41,727 bases of DNA, taken from the IMG/VR virus record IMGVR_UViG_3300045993_000138, one strand, 5' to 3'. The position numbers and the translations under genes were made by a program. The stretch is from a virus. Its lineage: Duplodnaviria; Heunggongvirae; Uroviricota; Caudoviricetes. Shown piece after piece: positions 27,501 to 36,022 of the stretch (positions are counted from its first letter, which is position 1; every line of letters starts with the position of its first letter). The notes below the pieces were generated by a model that was not told the DNA's origin, did not search any database, and saw nothing but the letters and a program-made list of their open reading frames with translations.

Positions 27501-28081
27501 TGCTCCCCGGAAATAACATATCATCCATCACACAGTATGCTCCATTTTTGGATGCAGATAAACTACCTACTAATAATTTATTGGATTATGAAATGGGTGG
27601 TATTGCATTGAACGATGGCACTAAAGGATTGAATTTTCAATTATGGACACTGCGCTTAACTGGAAATAATGTAATTATTTCTGCAAATACTGTTAGTCCA
27701 ACAACATTATTCTCTGGAACACACATTACTGAAATATCTCTAACATTCGATCAGAATATGAATCCAGTTGTGGCATATGTACAAAGTGGTCAGCCAAAAC
27801 TATATTGGTTCGATTCTCTTGTTAATCTGCAAGTGTTGACTGATCTAGATCCTACAATAAGAACTCCTAGAGTCTGTATGGATGATAAACGTCGATTGAC
27901 TACTCAACTAGGTCAAAATGATGCTATTCTAGGGTATATCAGAAATAACAATTTATACTACTGTCAGCAAAGAGAGAGATATACAGTCGAACGATTGTTG
28001 GCTAGTAATGTACGAGGTAGATTGGTGAAAATTGGAATGAACAAAGGAAATAGACTCCAGTTCATGATCAAAAAGTATTGA
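27500..28081 (+). CDS. Putative tail-fibre-associated protein, 193 aa (phiKMV gp41-like by recall)
   Basis: Start moved to the TAATG-coupled ATG 27500. Motifs DYEMGGIALND, EISLTFDQNMNP, LYWFDS, PRVCMDDKR and LYYCQQRERY. Confidence 0.6.
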   Translation: MLPGNNISSITQYAPFLDADKLPTNNLLDYEMGGIALNDGTKGLNFQLWTLRLTGNNVIISANTVSPTTLFSGTHITEISLTFDQNMNPVVAYVQSGQPKLYWFDSLVNLQVLTDLDPTIRTPRVCMDDKRRLTTQLGQNDAILGYIRNNNLYYCQQRERYTVERLLASNVRGRLVKIGMNKGNRLQFMIKKY

Positions 28082-28087
28082 TAAATA
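28080..28087 (+). promoter_or_regulatory. Probable late promoter for gp15
   Basis: GATAAATA (7/8 match) 24 nt upstream of the gp15 ATG. AAGGT RBS lies in between. Confidence 0.6.
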
Positions 28088-28111
28088 AGACATGTATCAA
28101 GGTAACTACTA

Positions 28112-29113
28112 ATGCTTTCGAATCAACATTTCTATCACAGAACAATCAGACGCAACGTTATTGCGTTTGGTACGCTATTCAAGCACATTCAGATGTTGAC
28201 CTATGACAAGGATACAACCACTGAAATCGATAGAATCACAGTCCCTCTGAGTTATGCTGGTAAGGAAGACTATATTACCAGACTCTATGCCAACCCCGAT
28301 CTTCACAAAGAAACTCAGATAGATCTTCCAAGAATGTCATTTGAAATGACTGACATTTCCTATGACTCATCTAGAAAACTTTCATCGTATCTGAGTTCAT
28401 TCAGCCAGATTCCAGGTCAGGCTGGAGCATATCAACAGTACATTGGAACTCCATACAATCTAGGATTTGAACTGAGTCTCTACATTCGTAATGTGGAAGA
28501 TGGCACTCAGATTGTCGAGCAGATTCTTCCGTACTTCAATCCAGACTATACTCTTTCGATGGTGTTCGTAGACAGCATGGGCATTTCTAAAAACGTTCCT
28601 ATCATTCTTGAGTCCGTCAGATACGATCCAAATTACCAAGGAGCGGCAGATAGTGCCACCAGAATTCTGACTTGGACTCTATCGTTCAAGATGAAGACGT
28701 ACTTCTTCGGACCTATCAATTCTGGATCTATCATCAGAACTGCCACTGCAAACACATACCTCTATAATACGTCGCATTTGGATAATATCGAAATGTTACT
28801 AAATCCTAATGGAACTGGAAATTTCAGACTCGGAGAAACGGTATATCAGGGAAGTTCACTTCCAGATGCCACTGCAACGGCAGATGTACTCGCATGGGAC
28901 AGCATATCTGGAAAACTCATTGTGACAAACACCGTAGGAAACTTCCATGCAAATGCAAATGTACATGGCACCATAAGCAGTGCGTCTCATAATGCCAATA
29001 CCATAATAACTCAGACCAAGTTACTTGACACTATCGTTATTACTCCAAATCCACTTAATGCCAACTTGAATGATGACTTCGGATTTACGGAAGTAAATAC
29101 TGAGTATGTATAA
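28112..29113 (+). CDS. gp15: Tail sheath stabilizer/terminator gp15 with an extra C-terminal domain
   Basis: FYHRTIRRNVIAFGTLF, VPLSY, LPRMSFEM, QIVEQILPYFNP and WTLSF...YFFGP motifs. Confidence 0.93.
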   Translation: MLSNQHFYHRTIRRNVIAFGTLFKHIQMLTYDKDTTTEIDRITVPLSYAGKEDYITRLYANPDLHKETQIDLPRMSFEMTDISYDSSRKLSSYLSSFSQIPGQAGAYQQYIGTPYNLGFELSLYIRNVEDGTQIVEQILPYFNPDYTLSMVFVDSMGISKNVPIILESVRYDPNYQGAADSATRILTWTLSFKMKTYFFGPINSGSIIRTATANTYLYNTSHLDNIEMLLNPNGTGNFRLGETVYQGSSLPDATATADVLAWDSISGKLIVTNTVGNFHANANVHGTISSASHNANTIITQTKLLDTIVITPNPLNANLNDDFGFTEVNTEYV

Positions 29114-29121
29114 GGATCATC

Positions 29122-29580
29122 ATGGAAATAGTTAATAATACACTTGCAGAAACTTTTGATGTGGAACCCCAACAACAGCCACAACCTGTTGTGGTGTTAG
29201 AATCCAATCCAGTTGTCACCACTACAGTTGGAAACGAAGTGGAAAATGATGCCACATATGCCAGAGACTCAATATACAATGTTCTCGAAAAAGGTCTAGA
29301 GGCTATCAACTTCACTATGGATGTTTTGAAAGAAACACAACATCCTAGATGTGCCGAAGTTCTCGGTCAGTTACTAAAGATTCAATCAGACAACACAGAC
29401 AAGTTATTGAAAATTCAAAAAGATAGAAGAGAACTTGTTGATAGTGGAAGCGAAAGATCTGGTGATGTTAACATCGATAAGGCAATTTTTGTCGGCAGTA
29501 CTCATGAATTGCTCAAAATGATCAAGAATGAACAGGAAAAACAGATATCCGATGACTCTGTAGTATCAGATGGCAAGTAA
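29122..29580 (+). CDS. gp16: Terminase small subunit gp16
   Basis: D..YAR, HPRCAEVLGQLLK and AIFVGSTHELLKM motifs. Lies directly before gp17. Confidence 0.9.
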   Translation: MEIVNNTLAETFDVEPQQQPQPVVVLESNPVVTTTVGNEVENDATYARDSIYNVLEKGLEAINFTMDVLKETQHPRCAEVLGQLLKIQSDNTDKLLKIQKDRRELVDSGSERSGDVNIDKAIFVGSTHELLKMIKNEQEKQISDDSVVSDGK

Positions 29581-31294
29581 TAAAAAAACTACGATTAATC
29601 GTCCGACTGTAGCCAAAGTAAAGAAAAATATTTACTTAGGAAACCCTCAACTCAAGAAGATTGGGGTTCCGGTTGCAATGTCGCAGGACGACATTACAGA
29701 ATATCAGAAGTGCCAAGTCGATCCAATTTACTTTGCTCAGAATTACGTAAAGATTGTTACTCTTGATCGTGGTTTCGTTCCTATCGATTTGTATCCGTTT
29801 CAGAAGGATGCCATCGAAAAAGTACAAGATAATCGATTTGTTATTATGAAGGCAGGGCGTCAGGTCGGAAAGACCACGATGGTTGTTGCCTATATTCTTT
29901 GGTATATTCTTTTCAGTGAAGACAAGACTGTTGCGATTCTTGCAAACAAGGCAAAGACCTCCAGAGAAATTCTTAATCGTATTCAAATTGCTTATGAAGC
30001 ACTTCCAATGTGGCTTCAACAGGGTGTCAAGGAATGGAACAAAGGTTTCATTCTATTGGAAAACCAATGCAAAGTTTTCGCAGACTCCACTGCGTCCAGT
30101 GCAGCCCGTGGATTCACCATTAACTTCCTGTATCTCGATGAATACGCATTCGTTCCCAATAACATTGCGGATGAATTCTTTACGTCTGTATACCCAACAA
30201 TTTCATCAGGTAAGACATCAAAGGTTCTAATTTCCTCCACTCCTAATGGTATGAACCACTTCTACAAGATGTGGAAAGAACAAGAGCAAGGGATCAACGG
30301 GTTCATTGGAATTGAAGCAAACTGGCGTCAGGTTCCTGGTCGTACAGAAGAATGGGCAGCGCAACAGAAGAAGGCACTTGGAGAACAGAAGTACATGCAG
30401 GAAATGGAATGTTCATTCCTTGGGTCCTCTGGAACTCTCATTTCTGCAACGGCACTCAAGAACATGGCATTCATTCGCGCACTCAAGGAAATGTTGGGTG
30501 GCTTGGAGATTTACGAAGAACCAAAACCAGATCATTTCTATGTCCAGTCAGTAGACTGTTCTAGAGGCAGTGGTCTGGACTATTCTGCATTTGTAGTGGT
30601 AGATGTCACTGAACATCCTTATAGGGTTGTCGCGAAGTACAAAAACAATGTGGTATCTCCACTACTCTTTCCTAACGTAATTGTTAATACTGCAAAATGG
30701 TATAACAGTGCATGGCTAGTTGTCGAAAACAACGATATTGGTGGTCAGGTTGTCGATCTGGTCTGTCATGAACTGGAATACGAGAACGTATTTCACGGTG
30801 AAGAATCGAATGGTAAGTATAATCTGACTGCACATGGCAGAACCAAACAATTGGGTCTGAAAACGACCAAAAAGGTCAAGCGTCAGGGATGTAATGCTCT
30901 TAAAGATTTGATTGAAAACCAGAAGCTCATTATTACAGATTTCAACATTATCGAAGAACTTTCGACGTTCGTGGTCAAGAACAATGGTTACTATGCTGCC
31001 GAAGAAGGTATGCACGATGACTTGGTAATGTGTCTGGTTCTATTCAGTTGGTTGACGATTCAGCCATTCTTCAAAGACATGACCAATCACGATATCAGAA
31101 AGCGTCTATTCGAAGAAAGAATGCGAGCAATGGAAGATGAAATGCCCCCTCTTCCTGCAACATCAGATGACATTTCTGATAACCCTAAATACTTTAGACA
31201 AGACAGTGTAGTTTGGGAAACTGTCATGCCAGGTGATGGCTTGAATACCGAAGACTATTACGGGGGATATTTCAAGGATTTCGGAAATCAATAA
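29570..31294 (+). CDS. gp17: Terminase large subunit gp17
   Basis: LYPFQ adenine-binding motif, Walker A GRQVGKTT, Walker B FLYLDEYAF, SSTPNG coupling motif, nuclease motifs VDCSRG..LDYS and HDDLVM. Confidence 0.97.
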   Translation: MASNKKTTINRPTVAKVKKNIYLGNPQLKKIGVPVAMSQDDITEYQKCQVDPIYFAQNYVKIVTLDRGFVPIDLYPFQKDAIEKVQDNRFVIMKAGRQVGKTTMVVAYILWYILFSEDKTVAILANKAKTSREILNRIQIAYEALPMWLQQGVKEWNKGFILLENQCKVFADSTASSAARGFTINFLYLDEYAFVPNNIADEFFTSVYPTISSGKTSKVLISSTPNGMNHFYKMWKEQEQGINGFIGIEANWRQVPGRTEEWAAQQKKALGEQKYMQEMECSFLGSSGTLISATALKNMAFIRALKEMLGGLEIYEEPKPDHFYVQSVDCSRGSGLDYSAFVVVDVTEHPYRVVAKYKNNVVSPLLFPNVIVNTAKWYNSAWLVVENNDIGGQVVDLVCHELEYENVFHGEESNGKYNLTAHGRTKQLGLKTTKKVKRQGCNALKDLIENQKLIITDFNIIEELSTFVVKNNGYYAAEEGMHDDLVMCLVLFSWLTIQPFFKDMTNHDIRKRLFEERMRAMEDEMPPLPATSDDISDNPKYFRQDSVVWETVMPGDGLNTEDYYGGYFKDFGNQ

Positions 31295-31305
31295 AACCCA
31301 TTTTT

Positions 31306-31313
31306 TATAAATA
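31306..31313 (+). promoter_or_regulatory. T4-type late promoter for gp18
   Basis: Exact intergenic TATAAATA. AGGAG RBS precedes ATG 31356. Confidence 0.85.
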
Positions 31314-31355
31314 CTAGTAAATATTGATATAACCCCTTCAATTAGGAGTACCCAC

Positions 31356-33065
31356 ATGAGTTCTTTCCAAGTTTCCGCTGGCGTCAATGTATCTGAAATT
31401 GACCTAACTTCTTCCATTCCCGCAATTTCAGTGTCAACTGGAGCGATTGCCGGACTTTTTTCATGGGGACCAGTCGAAAAGATCGTTTCCGTATCAACCG
31501 AAGTCGATCTTGTCAATAAGCTAGATGCTCCGAATGACAATAATGCAATCACATTCTTAACCGCAGCAAGCTTCCTATCATATTCAAATGATCTGTTGGT
31601 TGTTCGTTCTTCTGCTAACGGTCAGTTGAACTCTGTCGCAACAGCGAATGCGAATGCAAACGTTGTGGTGTCTGGTGTTCTAGTCAAGAATGAAGATGCC
31701 TACTTCAACAACGAATATGTTACCGGAATTGCAAACGTAGCGTTTATCGCTAAGTACGCTGGCGCACTAGGAAATTCTCTACAGGTTTCCGTCTGCCCAT
31801 CAGCAACCGCATTCGCAAGTTGGGCATACTCAAGTGCGTTTGATTCTGCTCCAAGTACATCAGTATATGTTGCTGCACAGGGTGGAGCAAACGACGAAAT
31901 GCACATGGTAGTTGTAGATCAAGACGGTCTATTCACCGGAACTGCAAACACAATTCTAGAAAGATACTCACACATCTCCAAGGCTGTCGATGCCAAGGAT
32001 GACACTGGTGCAAGTTCTTACTACAAGGAAGTTCTATACAGACAGTCACTTTATGTGTACTTCTCAAGCACAATCGCAAACGATGCAGTAACAGGAACCA
32101 ACACCACAAATTGGGGTGGAGTATCAACCTCCACATTCGGTGCAGGAAATACTTACACAGTATCCTTCACAGGTGGTGCGGATGGAACTCCAGTAACTGC
32201 CAATATCGAATCTGCATATGCATTGTTCGCAAATCCAGAATATGTCGATATCTCACTAATCATGACGGGTGGTGCGGATCAGACTGTTTCTGAATATGTC
32301 GTTGACCTTGCCGGAAGTAGAATGGACTGCTTGGCATTTGTTTCCCCATCACTTGCCGCAACTCAGAACACTTCTGGACCAGCAGCAGCAATTGCAGCTT
32401 ACAGAAATGCGATGACTTCATCTTCATACGCAGTAATGGATAGTGGTTGGAAGTACATGTACGATAAGTACAATGACAAGTATCGTTGGGTTCCATTGAA
32501 CGGAGATATTGCCGGTCTTTGCGCTCGTACAGATAACCAGAGAGATCCTTGGTTCTCACCAGCAGGATATCAGCGTGGTGTTATTAAGAATGTCATCAAG
32601 CTAGCATTCAACCCTAACAAGCAGGATCGCGACACGCTTTACAAGGCTGGCATTAATCCAGTTGTCGCATTTCCGGGTGAAGGAACAATCCTATACGGTG
32701 ATAAGACCCTATTGGCTCGTCCATCATCCTTTGATCGTATCAATGTTCGTAGATTGTTCATTGTTCTAGAGAAGGCAATTTCAAGAGCAGCAAAGGCAAG
32801 CTTGTTCGAATTCAACGATGAATTTACAAGAGCAGCATTTGTCAACTTGGTAGAACCTTTCCTACGCACTGTTCAGGGTCGTCGCGGTATCTATGACTTC
32901 CGTGTAGTTTGTGACACCACAAATAACACACCAGATGTCATTGATGCCAACCAGTTTGTTGGTGATATCTACATTAAGCCAGCACGTAGTGTAAACTTTA
33001 TTCAGCTTAATTTCGTAGCAGTTCGCACTGGCGTTGCCTTTGAAGAGATTGTTGGGCACTTTTAA
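31356..33065 (+). CDS. gp18: Tail sheath protein gp18
   Basis: SAGVNVSEIDLT, FSWGP, YDKYND..RWVPLNGDIAGLC, PWFSPAG, FDRINVRRLF, FEFNDEFTR and IKPARSVNFIQLNFVA motifs. Confidence 0.97.
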   Translation: MSSFQVSAGVNVSEIDLTSSIPAISVSTGAIAGLFSWGPVEKIVSVSTEVDLVNKLDAPNDNNAITFLTAASFLSYSNDLLVVRSSANGQLNSVATANANANVVVSGVLVKNEDAYFNNEYVTGIANVAFIAKYAGALGNSLQVSVCPSATAFASWAYSSAFDSAPSTSVYVAAQGGANDEMHMVVVDQDGLFTGTANTILERYSHISKAVDAKDDTGASSYYKEVLYRQSLYVYFSSTIANDAVTGTNTTNWGGVSTSTFGAGNTYTVSFTGGADGTPVTANIESAYALFANPEYVDISLIMTGGADQTVSEYVVDLAGSRMDCLAFVSPSLAATQNTSGPAAAIAAYRNAMTSSSYAVMDSGWKYMYDKYNDKYRWVPLNGDIAGLCARTDNQRDPWFSPAGYQRGVIKNVIKLAFNPNKQDRDTLYKAGINPVVAFPGEGTILYGDKTLLARPSSFDRINVRRLFIVLEKAISRAAKASLFEFNDEFTRAAFVNLVEPFLRTVQGRRGIYDFRVVCDTTNNTPDVIDANQFVGDIYIKPARSVNFIQLNFVAVRTGVAFEEIVGHF

Positions 33066-33068
33066 TAA

Positions 33069-33593
33069 ATGATTTCATACACATACTTAATAGGTTGGTC
33101 AGAACACCGTAAATTTTATTACGGTGTTCGCTATTCTAAAAAAAGTAATCCTAGTGAATTATGTAAGACATATTTTTCTAGTTCAAAGTATGTTAAGGAA
33201 ATGATAAAAAATCATGGTGTTCCCGATATACAAGAAGTCAGAAAGATTTTTCCGAATGTGAATTCGGCTAGAAAGTGGGAGCATAAAGTTCTTAGAAGAA
33301 TGAAGTGTGTTCAAAATATTGATTGGTTGAATAAAACAGATAATATTTCTATATCACCAGATGCTGCTAAATATGTTCATACAGATGCTACTCGTTTGAA
33401 AAAGTCTATTTCCCATAAAGGAAAAGTTCATACTGCGGAAACTAGAGCGAAAATAAGTGCTGCTCAAAAAGGAAAGCCTAGAGAGTATTTAAAAGGTATA
33501 AAACGTCCACAACATTCATCTTTAATGAGTATCAAGATGAAAGAAATTTGGGCAAATAGAAAGTCCAATATATCAGGAGAATTATTAAAATGA
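33069..33593 (+). mobile_element. Free-standing GIY-YIG-like (Seg-type) homing endonuclease with NUMOD3 repeats
   Basis: YTYLIGW...FYYGVR...YFSSS, ARKWEHKVL and WLNK catalytic-domain pattern, with HKGKVHTAETRAKISAAQKGK NUMOD3. More AT-rich than its flanks. Confidence 0.82.
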
Positions 33594-34168
33594 GCTTTAA
33601 CGTTAACGATTTTAGACAACAGATTGTAGGTGACGGTGCCCGTCCTAATCTATTCGAAGTTCGCATGAACTTCCCAAGCTTTGCGGCACAGGGTGATGTA
33701 AATCGTAAGATTTCATTCTTCTGTAATGCAGCGCAGTTGCCGGGATCCACTATTGGTCTTACACCAGCATTCTACTTCGGTCGCGAAGTCAAGCTAGCCG
33801 GTAATAGAACCTTTCAAGAGTGGAACATTTCTATTATGAACGACGAAGATTTCGTTGTTCGTAACGGATTTGAGCGTTGGATGAACGGAATGAGTGATCC
33901 AGTATTCAACGTTCGTGCAGCAAGCGCAGCAGTGGTAGATGGAGGGTATGGTGTTAACGCAACTGTAATTCAGTACGGCAAGAAAGGCGATGTTATCAAG
34001 ACATACGATTTCGTTGGAATGTTCCCAATTGATATTCAACCAATTGATTTGAGTTGGAGTCAGAACGATACCATCGAAGAATTCCAAGTAACACTCGCAG
34101 TTCAGTACTGGACTTCACAGCAGAATACCTCCGCATTGGGTGGAGTTGTTCGCGGTCTATTGGGTTAA
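33590..34168 (+). CDS. gp19: Tail tube protein gp19
   Basis: GARPNLFEV, AAQLPGS, GREVKLAGNRTFQEW, NDEDF.VR..FERW, FP..I..IDLSW and IEEFQVT motifs. Confidence 0.96.
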   Translation: MSFNVNDFRQQIVGDGARPNLFEVRMNFPSFAAQGDVNRKISFFCNAAQLPGSTIGLTPAFYFGREVKLAGNRTFQEWNISIMNDEDFVVRNGFERWMNGMSDPVFNVRAASAAVVDGGYGVNATVIQYGKKGDVIKTYDFVGMFPIDIQPIDLSWSQNDTIEEFQVTLAVQYWTSQQNTSALGGVVRGLLG

Positions 34169-34177
34169 TGATTGGCA

Positions 34178-34205
34178 GGGGAGAGAACATTTTCGTTCTC
34201 TCCCC
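34178..34205 (+). terminator. Perfect 11-bp hairpin between gp19 and gp20 (weak terminator or RNA-stability element)
   Basis: GGGGAGAGAAC-ATTTTC-GTTCTCTCCCC, followed by ATATAATA rather than a U-tract. Confidence 0.6.
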
Positions 34206-34226
34206 ATATAATATGGAGAAACTATT

Positions 34227-35831
34227 TTGGCTCAATTAAAGTTATTCGGATTTAAGCTTGTCAGGGATGATGAAGAAGAAACTCTACCATCAGTCGTAAC
34301 GCCACAAGTCGAAGATGGTGCTATCAATATCCAGACTGGCGCACACTACGGAATTTACGTAGATCTGGATGGTTCTTACAGAACCGAAGTTGATCTAATC
34401 ACAAAGTATCGCACAATGGCAATGCAGCCAGAAATCGAACAGGCTGTGGAAGATATCATCAACGAAGCAATTGTCCATGATAAGCATGGCAATGTTGTAA
34501 AGATCGTTCTAGATGGTCTTGATCTTCCAGATAGAATCAAAGGAATGATTCGTGACGAGTTCACGACAATTCAAAGACTTCTAGATTTCAATAATTTTGG
34601 TTCAGATATTTTCCGTCGTTGGTATGTTGACGGCAGACTATACTATAACGTAGTCATTGATAACGACAATCCAAGAGCAGGAATTCAACAGCTAGTCTAT
34701 ATTGATCCTCGCCGCATTCGTAAGATTCGTAATATTAACAAGTCCAAGAAAGATGGTGTTGATATCGTTGACAAGATTGAAACATTCTATCTCTACAATG
34801 AGAAGATGGTCAACAACAATGTCCAGTCTCCACAGATTCTTGGTAACTACGCAGGTGGTATTAAACTATCAGATGATTCTGTAGTTCACCTTTCTTCTGG
34901 ATTATATGATCCAGCAAAGTCCACAGTACTTTCATACATTCATAAGGCAATACGCCCTATGAATCAGTTGCGCTTCGTTGAAGATGCAACCGTTATCTAC
35001 CGTGTTTCTCGCGCACCAGAACGTCGCGTGTTCTACGTTGACGTAGGTAACATGCCTAAGATGAAGGCAGAACAATACCTCAAGGACATCATGACTAAGT
35101 TTAGAAATAAGCTTACCTATGATGCTTCCACAGGTGAAATACGTGATGACCGCAAGCACATGTCGATGTTGGAAGATTTCTGGATGCCTCGCCGTGGTGA
35201 AGGTAAGTCTACAGAAATCACAACACTTCCTGCCGGTCAAAACCTCGGTCAGATGGATGACGTATTTTACTTCGAAAAGAAGCTTTACAAGGCACTCAAT
35301 GTGCCAATTTCGAGACTTGAAGCAAGCACTGGATTCTCGTTGGGACGCACCAATGAAATCACCCGCGATGAACTCAAGTTCGATAAGTTCGTAGACAAGC
35401 TTCGTTCAAGATTTTCCATTCTATTCGATGAACTACTGGCTCGTCAGCTTGCCCTCAAGGGCGTCTGTACATTGGATGAATGGAATCAATTCAAGCAGCA
35501 AATTCACTATGATTACATCAAAGACAACAACTTCACAGAACTCAAGGAAGCTGAACTTCTACAGGGTAGAATGCAGACTCTCGTTCAGGTTGAACCATAC
35601 ATCGGAAGATTCTATTCCAAGCGTTGGGTTCAGGAAAACATCCTGCAATTGAACGAAGATGAAATCGAAAAGATGAATGAGCAAATGGATGAAGAAGCTG
35701 CTATGGCACCACAACCAGAAATGGGCACTCCAGAAGAAGAAGAGCCTGATGGTGGTGGGCAAGGAAAGCAGGGTGACGACAAAGAAGATATAAATAAAAA
35801 GGTATCTAAATTGTTCGGAAATCAGCAATAA
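34227..35831 (+). CDS. gp20: Portal protein gp20 (TTG start)
   Basis: KLFGF, FRRWYVDGR, EDATVIYRVSRAPERRVFYVDVGNMPK.KAEQY, MLEDFWMPRRGEGKSTEITTLP and ITRDELKF motifs. GGAG RBS before the TTG. Confidence 0.97.
   Translation: MAQLKLFGFKLVRDDEEETLPSVVTPQVEDGAINIQTGAHYGIYVDLDGSYRTEVDLITKYRTMAMQPEIEQAVEDIINEAIVHDKHGNVVKIVLDGLDLPDRIKGMIRDEFTTIQRLLDFNNFGSDIFRRWYVDGRLYYNVVIDNDNPRAGIQQLVYIDPRRIRKIRNINKSKKDGVDIVDKIETFYLYNEKMVNNNVQSPQILGNYAGGIKLSDDSVVHLSSGLYDPAKSTVLSYIHKAIRPMNQLRFVEDATVIYRVSRAPERRVFYVDVGNMPKMKAEQYLKDIMTKFRNKLTYDASTGEIRDDRKHMSMLEDFWMPRRGEGKSTEITTLPAGQNLGQMDDVFYFEKKLYKALNVPISRLEASTGFSLGRTNEITRDELKFDKFVDKLRSRFSILFDELLARQLALKGVCTLDEWNQFKQQIHYDYIKDNNFTELKEAELLQGRMQTLVQVEPYIGRFYSKRWVQENILQLNEDEIEKMNEQMDEEAAMAPQPEMGTPEEEEPDGGGQGKQGDDKEDINKKVSKLFGNQQ
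35789..35796 (+). promoter_or_regulatory. T4-type late promoter inside the 3' end of gp20, serving the prohead core genes
   Basis: Exact TATAAATA 56 nt upstream of ATG 35853. Confidence 0.75.
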
Positions 35832-35852
35832 CAAGACTATAGGAACAGGAAA

Positions 35853-36020
35853 ATGACCACTAAATTCGTAGAACTAGCACAGACCAAGGATGCATCATCA
35901 TTTAGAGATGCCTTTGAAACTGCCGTTGCTGAAAAGGCATTTGATGCACTAGAAAGTCGCAAGGCTGATGTTGCTCGCGCAATGTTCAATTCTCCAGTTC
36001 AAGAATCAGAAGAAGAATAA
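35853..36020 (+). CDS. gp67: Prohead core protein gp67-like (55 aa), not in ORF track
   Basis: AGGA RBS. MTTKFVELAQTKDASSFRDAFETAVAEKAFDALESRKADVARAMFNSPVQESEEE is a helical protein with an acidic tail, directly after the portal as for T4 gp67. Confidence 0.75.
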   Translation: MTTKFVELAQTKDASSFRDAFETAVAEKAFDALESRKADVARAMFNSPVQESEEE

Positions 36021-36022
36021 AA

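Noticed and set aside
29570-31294. Intein or intron in terminase, portal or capsid genes
   Set aside because: Lengths are normal for T4-like homologs and the motifs are contiguous, with no intein boundary signatures.
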